Under the pieces are notes generated by a model, which had not been told where the DNA came from, searched no databases, and worked only from the letters and a program-made list of their open reading frames with translations. A program made the position numbers and the translations under genes. Below are positions 9,362 to 22,552 of a stretch of 64,000 nucleotides of DNA, piece by piece. Source of the DNA: a virus (lineage: Duplodnaviria; Heunggongvirae; Uroviricota; Caudoviricetes). Every line of letters begins with the position of its first letter. Position 1 is the stretch's first letter. Location of the stretch: IMG/VR virus record IMGVR_UViG_2799112923_000002, positions 1 to 64,000 of that record; one strand, written 5' to 3'.

Positions 9362-12300
9362 TTACGGTGTATTTAATGTCTCTCAGTTACCATTATTGTA
9401 ATACTTTATTCCAGAACTGTCTATCTTTAGACCATAAGTTCCATTCGTTAAGAATTCTAATGTTAGAGAATTGTTTGTATTTACAACCTTGAAGTAATTA
9501 TTTGCATTTATACCATGTATGAATCCATTTGCTCCAATTTCAGTAAATTCTACTAACGTTGATGCAGCTGTATGATGGTTTATAATCGGATCAAATGTAA
9601 CTCAGTTTAGATAAACCTCTGGGTTATATATTCCAGAAGGAAGTCCAAATTGACCGTCCGTCATAAGCATTAATTCTGCTTTAACATACATCGTATAATC
9701 ACCTCCTGTTATAGGGAACGCTTCATTATCTATATCAGAAGAATTAGCTCTCATATCTACTGTAAATGGATCACTAGATAATGTAAAATGATCATAATGT
9801 TCTTCAAATGTAGTTAAATCCTCCTCTCCTTCATGTTGATATCATTCCTGAACTATAGCACCTGTGTTTTGATTAACAGCATAAACATCTAAACTAACAC
9901 TACATTGAATATTGTGTCCAGTAACAACTTCTTCTAAACCTTGACCTTTAAGATGAACTGTTCATTGTTGAGGGATATTTTCGGAATAAATTAAGTCTCT
10001 TTGTGTTCCAGATGAAACAGCATTAATATGAACCGTACCTAATGTATAAGTTCCTTCAAAGTATGCGGGTTGTCCAGAATATGCTGAATCGTCTATTACA
10101 GGTCCACCTAAGAATTCATTACCAGGAGAAGTTCCAACAATAATTTGTTTATGATTATCAAAGTTAGTAGAAACATCTTCTCCAGATATCTTACATCTAG
10201 TTTGCCCATCTTGCTGTAAATTTATTACATTGTTCATAATATCTAGAGTTTCTCCATTATTATTACTTGTATGTAATTCTTTTACAGATAATTGATTTAC
10301 ATCAATTTGATTGGCTGCAATTTTATCTGAAAGTAAAAGTTTTGTTGCTACAAAATCCCAACCAACAGCTTGAACAAAATACTCTGTAAGTGTTGAAGGA
10401 TTTGAATTCGCAGTAATTGCAGAACTATCATATGGAAGTTTTTTCTTACATCTCCATAATCTATCTGCATTAGATGCTGCATTTGTTATAGTAATACCTT
10501 CATCAGCAACAGGCCAAATAGCGACATCATAATATGCAGCATTATCTTCTTCTCCAGAATACCATCCATCTTGGCCTTCTGCATCAGGATATGTATAACT
10601 TGTAGATCAGTTACGCATTCTCAGCATAGGACCAGCATGTCCATTTTCCCCAGCAGTACTAATGAGTTCATATTTAATATCTTGTAATGGTGCTGAAGTA
10701 TATACTGTTACAACTTTTTTCCATAAATATTTATATGTATTATCGGAAGGTTGTGAAGGAATAGTAGAACTTCATCCAGAAGCACTCTCAGCAGGATGGG
10801 AAGTTCCGCTATTGTATCACATATAATAATTAGTAACACTAACTATACCACGTCCATCATCACCAGGAGTACCAGGAGTACCATTAGAAACAATTGTTAC
10901 AGGAATGTCTTCTGGACCGTCTTCGATAGTACCTCCAGTTTTAGCAGTTGCTAAAAGTAAATGAAGATCCTGAATATTGGAATTCATGTTTAAAGGATAA
11001 GACTTGCTAACATCTGTCCAATTAACATCAACTGTACTACCGTCATATAAAAAGACTTTATATCCAGATGGCATTGCCGATGCTATTGCGGTACTTCCAT
11101 CTACATAAGATTCCTTCATAACTTTGACATTGATATTAACTTGTGAAGGAGAACTTGTTGTAGAATTATATACTATTGCTGCTGGTGTGAAGTCAAGATA
11201 ATAATTATCTTCTCCGATTTTCTTTCCAACTTCAAACTGTTTATAATAATGTGCATCATTATATGAGGCTTCAACCATTGCAATAGCACTATCAGCATTA
11301 GCTAAAATACCGGTTAATAAAACATCACCATTGGTTTTAATATATACAGTATTTGCGGCAGGATTTGCAGGAAATTCTGAAACAGCTGTTCCACCATTGC
11401 CAGCATAAACACCAGATACATTACTAATCGCTCATGTAACATTGCTTGCTAATGAAGCACCGTCATATAATCTTGCGGTTGTTGTAGAATTTCTTCTACT
11501 TATCTTAGTTCCATTATGATCATAGATTAATTCATCTTTATCGTTTGTAAAGTCGATGCGTATAGAATTTTCTCCACGAACTCTGGCAATATGCCAATCT
11601 TCCCATACACCATTTACTTTATTACATGTAGCCATCCATAACGGATCAACAATAGAATCATCATCTGCTCATACTCCTAAATTATGACTGCTACAATAAT
11701 TTCTCCATGCAGTTTCATCTATACCTTCTGGATTTGCATCGGTAACATAATTATTTAAACTAGGAAGTTGAGTAGATGCACCATCTTGAAGAATTGATGC
11801 AGAATATTCTACTTGGAAACGATCAGTGTCGGCCATTTTACTTGGAGAACTTCAAGTTGTACCTGATTGTCCAAATACTCTTTGTGTCATCCAAACTGTT
11901 CCGTTTCCAGCAGGAACAGAATCGTACCATGTTACAGTATGCTGCACTCCTCCTTTAGTATAACTGGAAGGATTTGGAATAGGATTACTTTCACTTCCAC
12001 CTTCGATTACTAACGCTGGACTTAGAGCAAGAAGATTTTCATTTGTTCTTGTAAATGCAAATGCTGTAAATATAGAAGCATCTACATAAGCTCATTTATT
12101 CCATAACTTTGGTTCGGAATACCAACTCCATACTTCATCTCTATATTTTCTAATAGAAACAAATTCCAGAGGTTCACTTGCACTAACATCTGATGGATCA
12201 TCTGTTCAATTCCTGTCCCATCCTAATGATTGAGGAACAGGATAATCACCTGGAATAAATTCGTCATTTTGATAAGCCTGTAATGCCAATTCATCAGAGA

Positions 12301-13381
12301 TTCCAGTTAAACGTGTAACTGCAAGATATTGATCTCTGCTCATTGGGGGAAATACTGTACTATCAACAAGTGTCCATGATCCATCTTCATTTTGTCTACA
12401 TTGATCTGGAGCAACAACATGGAAAATGTATTCTATACCATCTCCGTCTGTACCATCTTGTCCTCATACAGCTCAAGGCATAGGGCCAATAAACTCACCT
12501 CATTTTCCTGTAGTTTTATTTCTTTTTCTTGTGCACATTGCTTCTACAGGATAGACATCTGGATCTATAGCATTTGGCTGATCGGATCATCCTGCGGGAA
12601 TGTAATCATCTGTATCTGGATCAGAATAAGGAGTTTCTGCTCTAGAAACATCTTCTACACTATGAAATAATTTATAAATAAATTCAGTATTATCTCCATC
12701 TACACCATTGCGTCCATCTTTTCCATCTTTTGCATAATTTATACAAACTGGATCGGATCATTGGCCAACTAAGTTACCATCAGATGCTAAGAATGTACCA
12801 GTAGAAAGCCATGTAAACGAACCTGCTTGATGATGATTGTTGTCATCTCAGTAAACAATATCTCCTGTTGCAGTTCCATTTTTTCTAACTATGGACGTTA
12901 TTGGTTTCTCTAATACATTTAATTCTGGATCTCAATGTCCACCTTGTGGTGTATCTAATTCTACATCTCTGTCTGGCCATTCACCATAAATTAAAAAAAC
13001 TCTTGTGGAACCTGGTTCAATTCTAGGTTGAGAACCGCCTTCTCCAGTAGAATAAATTAATACTGGTTCTGTTCATGGGACATATACTTTTTCTGGACCG
13101 ACTATTGTGTATGTCATCCAGATATCATCTGTTAATCCGTCTGGTGTAGATCATCCAGAAGGATAATCAGTTGGATTATTAGAACTCATTACTTTTGTAG
13201 GAGTGCTTGGTTTCTCTGTAGAAGATTTAAATACAGGAATACAACTTACAGCATTATTTCCATTTATAAGTTTAATTCTTTCTGCATATTCTTCTGGAGA
13301 AACACACTCATCTACATCAACTCCCATTTCAATTATAGAGTTTCTAATATCACTAAAAATGTGTCTTAATTCTTCAATCAT
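9362..13381 (-). CDS. Large tail fibre/tail spike protein (about 1339 aa) with collagen-like GTPGTPGDDG motif; many TGA=Trp
   Basis: ORF fragments 13151..13381, 11432..11635, 10817..11278 and 9962..10237 lie in one frame and connect through TGA codons; TAA at 9362-9364; ATG at 13379-13381. Confidence 0.6.
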
Positions 13382-13383
13382 AA

Positions 13384-14889
13384 TTAATATTTATTATAAT
13401 AAGGTGAGGATTTTCAGTCTTGAGGACCTTTATATTGAGAATAATCTACCTGTCTTCCATATTTATCTAATGATGGTCAATTTCAGTCATATTCACCTAA
13501 TGCCATAGCTCTTCTTGCAGCAGAACGTACTCCAAGTCAACCATTTGCAGATTTTGAATGAGTCATATGCTTTACTAATTCCTTTGGATCAGTAATACCA
13601 GAATTAATCATGTTCATTAAATTTGGACTACCTTTTATTGTACCAACTACACCTTTTCCGTTATAAGATGTGTCGACTAATGCCAACTGTACATTTCTTG
13701 GAAGATTTTTAAAATTTTCGACTCTATTCGTTCACTCATCGTATTCAGCTTGCAATTTTCTTTCCATCTCTTTTCTTGCAATCTCTTCAGTAAGTTTTCC
13801 TTGTTTAGCCAATTCTATAATTTTAGGATTGGCACTTCCATAACCTGCTAATGTTTGTGGTTTTCCTTCTGATGTATTTAATATATATGCATCGGGACGA
13901 AATGTTTCAAAACTACCTGTAAATTTAGCAAGATCTGCAATAGTTTTTTCTGGTGTAACAGTAACTTCTGGTAATTCGATAGCCGGTTCATTTGCAATAA
14001 GATTATATTGTCTTTGATAACCTTTTGGTTTTTCTTGTATTAACATCATTGGATGATGTTCTTGTGGCTGCCAGAATTGAATATCTGTTACGTGAGAATT
14101 GTTTAAAGTTGGATTTGATTCCACTTTCTTTCCGCTTTGTGTTCTTAAAATACCACCGCCTTTATAACCCATTACTTCTAATGCAGTTTTACGTCTTCTA
14201 TCAGAATGATTATTAAATGTTTTTCCATACATCTCTTTATGTTTCGCATCGTACATTCTTTCTATACCGCTTATAATACTTTGAATGTTATTCTTATTAA
14301 CATTTCTGTGATTAGCTGCAGTATACATGGCATATGTATAATCAGAAGCTTCTTCTGGAGTTTCCGCAGTACGCAAAGCTGCTAAAAATTCTGGATACTT
14401 TCGTTGTATTTCATCCATTGCGAAATCTAATTGAGATTGTAATGAATTGCCATGACTGTTAACTCAATTAACATAATCATTATGTCTTTTTCCAGTTCAT
14501 TGTCCAATTCCTATTCCATATTGTGATGAACTAACTGAAGAATTTTTACCAGCTTTTTCTGCAGCATTTTCAGCATTTGTATTTAATCCTGATTCCGATA
14601 GAAGATTTGCAATAATTCCAGATGATTGTGCCTTGGTTAAGCCAAGTCCGTTCATTAAATAATCTCTAGCTGTTCTGCTCCTACCTTGTCTAGAAGAATC
14701 GTTTCAATCGATAGAAACTACAGGTGTTTGTACAACAGTTTCTTTTAATTCCGGTAATGGCGCCAGTGATATTTCTTCTTTTGGTTTTTGAACACTTTTT
14801 ACAATAGGTATATCGAAATTATCCGGTTCTATTGGTTTAAATTGTGTTTGTATTTGATTTACATAAGGTGTGTACTGTATCTGTGCCAT
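13384..14889 (-). CDS. Tail-associated peptidoglycan hydrolase / tape-measure-like protein (about 501 aa, several TGA=Trp)
   Basis: ORFs 14704..14889 and 13732..14418 plus a manually translated C-terminus to TAA 13384-13386; contains GLGLTKAQSSGIIANLLSESGLN resembling the phage tail lysozyme motif (GIxGNxxxESG). Confidence 0.55.
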
Positions 14890-14995
14890 TTTCGTTTTGA
14901 TTTAATTCATCTTCATCTTTATATTCTATGTTTGCAGTATCATTCAAAATTGCATTTTGAATTGCTAATTCCTTTTTAAGATTATACTTTTCCAT
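14837..14995 (-). CDS. Small hypothetical protein (52 aa) overlapping the start of the lysozyme gene
   Basis: ORF 14837..15055 with internal Met MEKYNLKK; TAA stop. Confidence 0.25.
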   Translation of the reverse strand: MEKYNLKKELAIQNAILNDTANIEYKDEDELNQNENGTDTVHTLCKSNTNTI

Positions 14996-15071
14996 AAACT
15001 TCTTATTTATAGTTAACGCGCAAATATAAGAAAAAAAATTGAAATTTCCAAACAAATATCATAAAAAATAA

Positions 15072-15101
15072 AATCCCGAACGGGAGAGTTCAGGATTTTA
15101 A
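15072..15101. terminator. Hairpin terminator (aatcccgaac-gggaga-gttcaggatt) with flanking A/T runs
   Basis: 9 of 10 bp stem plus T-run. Confidence 0.5.
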
Positions 15102-15145
15102 TATTTACAGTTTTGAATTTAATTATCCACAATATAAATCTTTTA

Positions 15146-18100
15146 TTACTTTAATTTAATATGAATTTTACCTCCATTCTCAAACTGAGTATCGTATAAT
15201 TCATTTTGTCCGGTTAGTGGATCATAATATTCATATAACCCATTTTCTGTCATTCCAATAAACCGAAGTCTTCCTATAAATTCATCACTGTCTTTGTTTT
15301 CGCCGGTAAACTCGCTTATGTGAAAACCACCATTCATTCCACCAGCGAGTGATCTTGGAATATAAATATATCTACCGTCCTTTCCAATTCTTTTAACTAA
15401 AGAGCTATCTCTAATTAATTGTTTTCCATCACCTCGTTGTCAATTACGAAGCAGTGTTCTACCGTCTTTATCCCTGGTTTAAACGCAGTGATATAGGTTC
15501 TTGTGGAATCATCTCTTTTTATCCAAGGTGGTAAACCATTATTAGGAGTTCCTTTTTGGGCTTTTAAGATTCCACCTTGTTTTCTATATATTAATCTACT
15601 ACCTCATTGTGGTTTTATTCTAAAATCATAAGGTAAGAGATGTTTTGCATTACGAATATTAAAATTCGGAAGAGCATAATAATCAAATTCAAAGTGTTCA
15701 TTTTCTCTTAAAGGAGAGTATGCATCTGATTTTAGTAAACCTTGACCTTTTGATTCAGCATCAGTTAGAATCTGTCTTATTCTAGTCGCAGATTGATTTC
15801 TATCAACATATGGTGAATTTTTAAATTTCGGTACTCCGTTTATATCTATAAATTCACCTCCCATTTCCGGAGATATTTCAGAACTAGCATTTCTTATAGA
15901 CGGAGTTCTAACAACAAATGCGTTTATATCGTTACTATTCGGTTTTGCTAATTCAGAAGAAATCTTTCTTCTTCTTATTTGTTGGCCATACATATTAAAA
16001 GGTTCTGATATATCGTAACTCAAATATTTTTCAGGAATATTTATATCAGCACCTTGTTGTCTAATTTTGTTTCCGTTTCAAATAATTCTTTCACCTGTAG
16101 CAGAAGGAAATACTGTTGTTGCTCCTCCAGGATATTGATGTACATAATGAATATATCTTTCAACACCTTCTCCTGGTCCGCCTAATTGTCCAAGAAATAA
16201 ATTACCAAAAGAGTTATCCATTGATCCTGTGCCTTTTGCCAAACTTTCAGGTTCTGCTACTTTTCTTAAAGCCGGAAACCGTTTAGTATCACCTCTAAAT
16301 AAAACTAAAGGTTCCCCAACTTCATTTCTAGCAGCGGTATTTCCACCAAGCTCTAATGCTTTTTTGTAAAGACTCCCAGCAATTTCATCATCTGTAATAT
16401 TAGTGTTTCTAACTAATCCATATCGTTCTCTTGCTTCTGGCACATATTTGCGAAGTTGCTCTATAATTTGAGAGTTTTCTGGAATCTCTGCAGTTCCATA
16501 TTCTTTGAACATTTTTACAGCATCCTCACCTTGTAGATGTTTTCTAGGAAGTTTATATCCCATCTGATGTAATTCATCTAATGTATATTTACCATTGCGT
16601 TCAAATTCAGTTATAGGTCTACTTAATGGTTTAACTTCCTTATTTAAAGCTCTTGCAACTTTATTTGCTTTCTGTGTAGCTGTTAATTCTTGTGCTACTT
16701 CCGGATTAATTCCCATAAGAGGTAACGCTGCCATAGATGCTCCAGCAATAGCCCCGGCAGCATCTCCAGATTTTACAGCTTCTTTTGCTTCTCGAATACC
16801 TTGAGCACCTCATGTAGCTAATAATCCTGCATCGGCATATGGGGAAATAGCAGTAGCCGCTTTAGCTACTTTTGGAAAAGTTTGTCCAATTCCTTTAAGA
16901 AGAGCACTTGGCATCATTTTTTCTCCAACCCATTCAAGACCTTTAGCTGTAGCAGGACCAGCACCTCTAAGAAGTAGAAGTGATCCTATAGGATGTTCTT
17001 CTTTTAAAGGTACTTCTGCAACTATACGTCCATTATCATCTCTAACGATTCCGTCATCTCTACCTCGCAAACTTTTTGTTACATTATCAAAAAGCTTTTG
17101 AGTTTGCCTATCTTGTTTTCTTCATCCCATTTAAGTTTCCTCCTTGCTTTTTTGAATATGTAATCAAATTATTAAAATCAATATCAGATATTTTAGTGTC
17201 TTTAAATGAAACGTCAATATCTGAATCAGAACCTTTTATTAAATCATATATAGTTTGCTTTCCTTTTCCGTTTAATTTATTGTTATAATAATCGTTTATA
17301 AGATTTTTGAAGCTTGCTTCTTCTTTATCTGTAGCAGTTTTAAAAATTTCATCAAATCAAGCTTCTGGTGCATTATCATATTGTGGACCCACATAATCAT
17401 CAAGCGTTGTCTCTTTTGCCCATTTTTCAAAAGTTGGAGCTTTTATTTTAAATAGCGAATTTACGACACCATCGTTTGTAGCAAAATGTACATTGTAATT
17501 ATCTATAGAAGATTTTGGTATTCGTTCAGAACCTCATGTCGTTCTAGTAACGACAGGTGTTCCATGAGAATCAACGAAATTTAAACCTCAGTTCACAAGA
17601 TTATTTTTGATTCCTCCATTTGCCCATCTAGCTTTATAATCTTTCGGCTGAAACTTTCAAATATCTTGTCTTCTACGATATAATCCACCTTCCCCAATAC
17701 CTTCTTCTACAATATGACCTCCGGCGTCAACTTGAAAACCTCCACTAGGAGTTCTAAAGATTAAATTAGAATTGTCATTTTTAGATTTTATAGGAATAAC
17801 CTTGTCAGTAGTAGGATTGTCCATTACATCATTACCTTCATACACTCTTATTTTCCCATATTTATGAGGATATTTTTTTCTAATATATTCATCGTGAATA
17901 CCATATTTTCCTTCTCCAGTTACTTCATGTAGTTCTGGAATTGGTTCATCATATAAGAAGGCTCTTACCATGTTTCCATGTCCGGTCTCTCCACCTCATC
18001 CGTTTACTCCTGATCCGAAATAAGAATTCATTGATCCGAGTATTTCGCCAGGTTGTTTACCTTTACCAGTAAAGATATATTTGGCAAAATCCTTTTTGCC

Positions 18101-18813
18101 TTGTTTATCTAAGTTTCTAAAAGTATATTTTAACTTTTCAATTGGAATAGATGCACCACCAGAAGCAGTCATTGCAGATTCAATTGCACGTTTTTCTGTA
18201 TTTCAACCTCATTTGTATCCTTTAACACCTGCAGGTAGAGATGTTAAAAGTGTAGCAGCAGTTCTTTGTTCTGGAGTAAATCTTGTATCTGTTGCATTTT
18301 CAATAAGATTCATTCCAGCATCTGTTGCTTTTGATGCAACAATACCTGTACCCAATCCAGCTGAAGTTGCTAATGGTGCGTAATAAAAACTAAAAGGTAA
18401 TGCTGCAGTTCCTGCAATAGTCATTCCTTTAAGTGCAGTTGAGCCCATTCTTTTTAGTTCTTGTCCTTGCGCACTTTCAGAAAGCGGAACTTCTGCATTT
18501 AATTCTCTATTATATCCATCTGTAAATGTCGGCGGAGAAGTCAGATGCAATTTGTCAGTAAGATTATTTACTAGTTTTTGAGCAATCGACGGATTAGAAT
18601 TATATCTACGTTGTCCAAATAAACTAGATTGATTTATTCTATAATCATTTGGTTTTGATCCAACTGCTTTTCTTCCGGAATCTATTGTTTCTGAATTAGT
18701 TCTAACTATAGCTGGTTCTAATTCCCCAGCATATATTCCATATCTATTATTTGCTTGTAATCTACGCTTTCATTGTGCTATAGATTCGCCTTGTTGTCTT
18801 TCATTACTCATAT
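15146..18813 (-). CDS. Large virion structural protein (about 1220 aa, Ala/Gly-rich central region); many TGA=Trp
   Basis: ORF fragments 18209..18550, 17657..17971, 16810..17070, 16078..16734, 15604..16023 and 15146..15337 form one reading frame when TGA=Trp; start MSNERQQGES at 18813. Confidence 0.5.
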
Positions 18814-19361
18814 ATTATTGTTTTTAGTTTATACAATTATTTTCGCAAATATAAACATTTAAAAGGAGAAATCCAAATAAAAGTGAGAAAATCCGAAATA
18901 AAAAAATGTGGATGTTATAGGGGTGGAAAGAGACACTACGAAATCGGCCCCCCGGCATGCGCCGTGGGAAAACCGATTTCGAGTGCAACCTTTGTCCAAT
19001 TCTTGGACGAAAGAAAAATAGGAAGCGAATGCTCCGCATCGCTTCTATTTCCAGAGTCCCGACCGTAGGTCAGCACGTTAAGTGCTGGCCACTGTCGTTC
19101 CCCTGCAGTTTAACTGCAACTCGCTAACGAGTTTCCGTTAGATACCGTAAAGTCGGCGGGAGTACCGACTTCCATAGGAGCGCGACAAGTCCGAACAAAG
19201 TCGTTAAGACAGCTTTACCGGAGAGAGAAACGAATTCCGGTCGGACACCTATGGTTGGACCATCTATGGTACAAATTAACGAGTTGCGTAAAACGCTGCC
19301 TTGGATAAGTAGCGTCTCATCATTCTGGGGAAGATGATGAGTTTAACTTCCAATCGCAAGG

Positions 19362-20054
19362 ATGGACCTGTCCAACACCAAGCGCGTATCCCTCGAAACC
19401 GTTAACCAGATCGCCGAGTCTCAGGGCATCGACATGATCGACCGCACGGTCGGTCAGATTGTTCCTCTCGACGAGAGTGATCTGATCACTCTTGGAGCCA
19501 TCTTCCTCACGAATATGGGGAAGAGCGTGCTCTCGGAGGACGGGGCCGATTGGGCCAAGGGCTGCTACTGGGTCTCCGAGTGTGACCACAAGCACGGAGA
19601 CGTCTCCGTCAAGACGGATGTGGCCGATTCGGCCTTCGCTCGTGGCGGGAAGAAATTCCCGTCTCTCGAGGAGAAGGTCACTGTCGGCCGCCAGGTCGAG
19701 GACAATCTCGGAGGCTTCAGCCTCTATGAGGAGATCCTCAAGACGCTCACGCCTGCCCAGCAGGCTCTGAACCTGGATCTGTCCAGGCAGGAGCCCGCTC
19801 TGGACAAGCTCAAGCGACTCAAGGGTCGCACCTTCCGCGTGATCAAGCGCGTGAAGGCGTATCGGCTCCGTCAGCGTCCCAAAGATGCTGGTGATGACTG
19901 GGGATCCAAGCCGTCTCATTGGCGGCCTGTGTATCTCCTCTTCTTCGAGGAGGTCCTTGCAGCACAGCCTGCAACAGCTCCAGAACAGGTAGCGGCACAG
20001 CCTGCTCCTGCTCCTGCTCCGCGTCGCGGTCGTCCTCGCAATACCAACAATTAA
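19362..20054 (+). CDS. Hypothetical protein in GC-rich island; C-terminal RRGRPRNT AT-hook-like motif; standard code (no TGA)
   Basis: 230-aa ORF with GC3-rich codons unlike the rest of the window. Confidence 0.4.
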   Translation: MDLSNTKRVSLETVNQIAESQGIDMIDRTVGQIVPLDESDLITLGAIFLTNMGKSVLSEDGADWAKGCYWVSECDHKHGDVSVKTDVADSAFARGGKKFPSLEEKVTVGRQVEDNLGGFSLYEEILKTLTPAQQALNLDLSRQEPALDKLKRLKGRTFRVIKRVKAYRLRQRPKDAGDDWGSKPSHWRPVYLLFFEEVLAAQPATAPEQVAAQPAPAPAPRRGRPRNTNN

Positions 20055-20145
20055 TTGTTGGTGATCCATTCGCATCAGCAAGAGTTATCGCTTTGCTCGC
20101 TGATGAATCCAAGCGATTCCATTTAATATAGACACAACTAACACC

Positions 20146-20415
20146 ATGAGACTGTCTAAAGACTTTTTCGAAGAGAGACTTCTTCACATCATTGCCGCAT
20201 ATCTGCGGTTAACTCGCTCGGGCACCAAGCCCGAAAATGTTCCTGTGAAACTGCTGGTTTTCCAGTATGGTTTCGTTCGATTCACCAGGACCGAATCGTT
20301 AGCCATCGCTCTGAAAGAACTTGTTTGCTGGGTCGATCGCCATCGTCAGAATGACCATAGAGGCAATTCTCCTAGCAAGGAACAAATGCTGACCTTCATC
20401 AAGAATCGAATCTGA
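20146..20415 (+). CDS. Hypothetical protein (89 aa) in GC-rich island
   Basis: ORF followed by a strong terminator at 20419-20464; uses TGG for Trp. Confidence 0.4.
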   Translation: MRLSKDFFEERLLHIIAAYLRLTRSGTKPENVPVKLLVFQYGFVRFTRTESLAIALKELVCWVDRHRQNDHRGNSPSKEQMLTFIKNRI

Positions 20416-20418
20416 AAT

Positions 20419-20464
20419 AAAGCCCTCGCAATCCATTTGGATTGTTTGAGGGCTTTATTTTTTT
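20419..20464 (+). terminator. Rho-independent terminator (aaagccctc...gagggcttt + T8)
   Basis: 9-bp stem with a nested inverted repeat in the loop, then a T-run. Confidence 0.65.
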
Positions 20465-20552
20465 ACCTACCTACTGGCCTACGGCCTTAAACACAAAACC
20501 CTTGTCCACTTCGTGGACCGTAGTATACTAAACATACGGTATTTTATTATCT

Positions 20553-21161
20553 ATGGAGATTAACGAGAAAACTTTAGCCGCCGCAAAGGAGATCTTTGAG
20601 GCAGGCCTCGGCAACAATACTTCTGTTGTCGAACACCAGAATGTGGAAGAGCTGAAGGAAGCGGTGGCTTCTGTAGGTCAGCGAAACACCACAGCTCTCG
20701 GTGATGGTGAGATCGCCGAATTCTTCGATGCCAAGGCGTACGAAGAGAACGCAGATAAATATCTCATCCACACTCAGTCAACCAGTTCCAATGGCCGCAC
20801 TTTCGACCGTGTGTACGCTCTGTGCAACCGTTACTTCCTTGTTGGCAACAAGAAGGTCGGCGAGCATCTGAGCTTCATCGACATCGGAGGTATGGTTCGC
20901 CGCCACTATGATCTCACCGGACTCGCTCCGGATGCTGAAGGCAAGATCAAGGGTGCAGTCCGCGTCGTCACTCCTGGTGACTTCAACAACAAGCTCGAAG
21001 CATACAAGCAGCCTTGGAGCATGCTCACGCAGTTCCTCGCTGGCAAGAAAATTCGCGCAAAGCGTTCCACCGACAAGCTCTTCTTCCAGGAGTTCGTCAA
21101 CCGCCAGCCTGTGCCTGACAAGTATGTCGAGCAGACGTACATGGTTTACAACTTTGCTTAA
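20553..21161 (+). CDS. Hypothetical protein (202 aa) in GC-rich island
   Basis: Balanced composition and GC-rich codons; overlapping minus-strand ORFs are likely artefacts of high GC. Confidence 0.45.
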   Translation: MEINEKTLAAAKEIFEAGLGNNTSVVEHQNVEELKEAVASVGQRNTTALGDGEIAEFFDAKAYEENADKYLIHTQSTSSNGRTFDRVYALCNRYFLVGNKKVGEHLSFIDIGGMVRRHYDLTGLAPDAEGKIKGAVRVVTPGDFNNKLEAYKQPWSMLTQFLAGKKIRAKRSTDKLFFQEFVNRQPVPDKYVEQTYMVYNFA

Positions 21162-22250
21162 GCTGTATACCGTAAAGGGATGATTGTCGCCATCCCTTGA
21201 TACCATAACTACCATTGGTGGCGATAAACTGCACGTCGCCAATGGTAGAGGGTATCCATTGTATGGACTATATGAGTTGTATAACTGTGGCAATAATTAT
21301 TGAATTATTGTCCATGCGTTTCAACCACCAAATTTTTTGAATATCTAGTTCCTCGAAGTGTGAATCGAGTATAAAGAAAACAATCTTGGCAGTTTAGTTT
21401 ACTGCACGAAGGGGATTGGTATCTATCAGGCAGCAATGAAGATAGAATGAGTTGAAAGTCCCTACTGCGAGGTGTAACGAGTCCTCGTCTTTGTTTAACT
21501 TTTAATTATCGCGAGCTCCCATGGGTCCACATCAGTCACAGTTTTTCTGACCTTCTGATTTCGGATGCTTATAATACAATCGCGTAAAAGTTAAAAGGGA
21601 GTATTTAATTTTTTTGGAGCCTAGTCGTCCCCATGTCTATGGTACTGGAGAACCGCAAACCCAATCCAGGAGAGTACGCATCCAGGACATTTGGCTCACA
21701 TATGATTCCAAACAGCAATGGGGTTGCCTGGTGTAAGCTGCCAGATTAGTAAAGCTAGTCCGTGTGATGAGGTCCCATAAGGATCTATTAGGAACATCTA
21801 ATCGGATCGTTGAGGCAGGAGTAATTAACCTGCGTGTTTAACAGCTCAATGAAGGTCGACAACCTTAGAAGGAATCCTAACCCCTTAAATAGTCCGTGCG
21901 ATTTGTGGTGCACCACTGTGTATGCGTAAGCACTAATCATACACAATCGTACGTTCTCTAATGTAGCCATTGGCGGTCACAAGCCCGCATGTGAAATATA
22001 GAGTGGAGAAAACGTTCATACTATGGCACTATTTCTTTTATTTTTCATTCTTTTAATTGTGTTTCTTGACACTGACATGTGTGCCAATTTATTTGATTCT
22101 AAATCCCATAAAGAGTGAAATCAATATGGGGGTTCTAATGCGGGAAAGACCCCCGGTTGGTCGCCGGGCCCGCTCCAAGCTTAAAAACGCACACAGTTTA
22201 ACGGTTTCCTTGTCATGTCATTGGTGTTAGTTGTTCATTGGTTGTTCGAA

Positions 22251-22287
22251 AACTCCAGTTTGTGCGTTCTGGAGTTTGTGTTTTTTA
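22251..22287 (+). terminator. Terminator hairpin (aactccag...ctggagtt + T-run)
   Basis: 8-bp perfect stem followed by tgtgttttttaaa. Confidence 0.55.
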
Positions 22288-22508
22288 AATGCTCGTGTCG
22301 TCTAGCGAATAGGACGATTATCTCTCCGGTAATTACGGTGGTTTGAATCCATCCGCGAGTACAAATAAACAGCGATTACTATGGAGCACAAGATTATGGG
22401 TCGCGCCCGATATATAACCTTGCCATAGGTGTAAAATTTAGTATAATAATTGCCCGGCCAGCAGACCGCTGTTTTAAATTGAAAGTGTTAGTTGTGTATT
22501 AAATAGGA

Positions 22509-22550
22509 AAACCCACAGCCTCGAGATGGGGTTGTGGGTTTTTATTTTTT
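22509..22550. terminator. Terminator hairpin (aaacccacagcc...ggggttgtgggttttt), probably bidirectional
   Basis: Stem-loop plus T-run immediately downstream of the minus-strand gene ending at 22553. Confidence 0.5.
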
Positions 22551-22552
22551 AT

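Noticed and set aside
19320-21293. Long minus-strand ORFs (19320..20081, 19843..20187, 20778..21293) and nested plus-strand ORFs (19492..19770, 19919..20131, 20908..21183) inside the GC-rich island
   Set aside because: High GC suppresses stop codons in all frames. They overlap the more protein-like plus-strand ORFs that end at clear terminators, and they have skewed Arg/Ser/Ala-rich compositions typical of off-frame artefacts.
4125-22550. Diversity-generating retroelement targeting the tail fibres
   Set aside because: No reverse-transcriptase ORF and no template/variable repeat pair could be found. The variable regions are LRR cassettes, not C-type-lectin folds, and the GC-rich island ORFs lack RT motifs.
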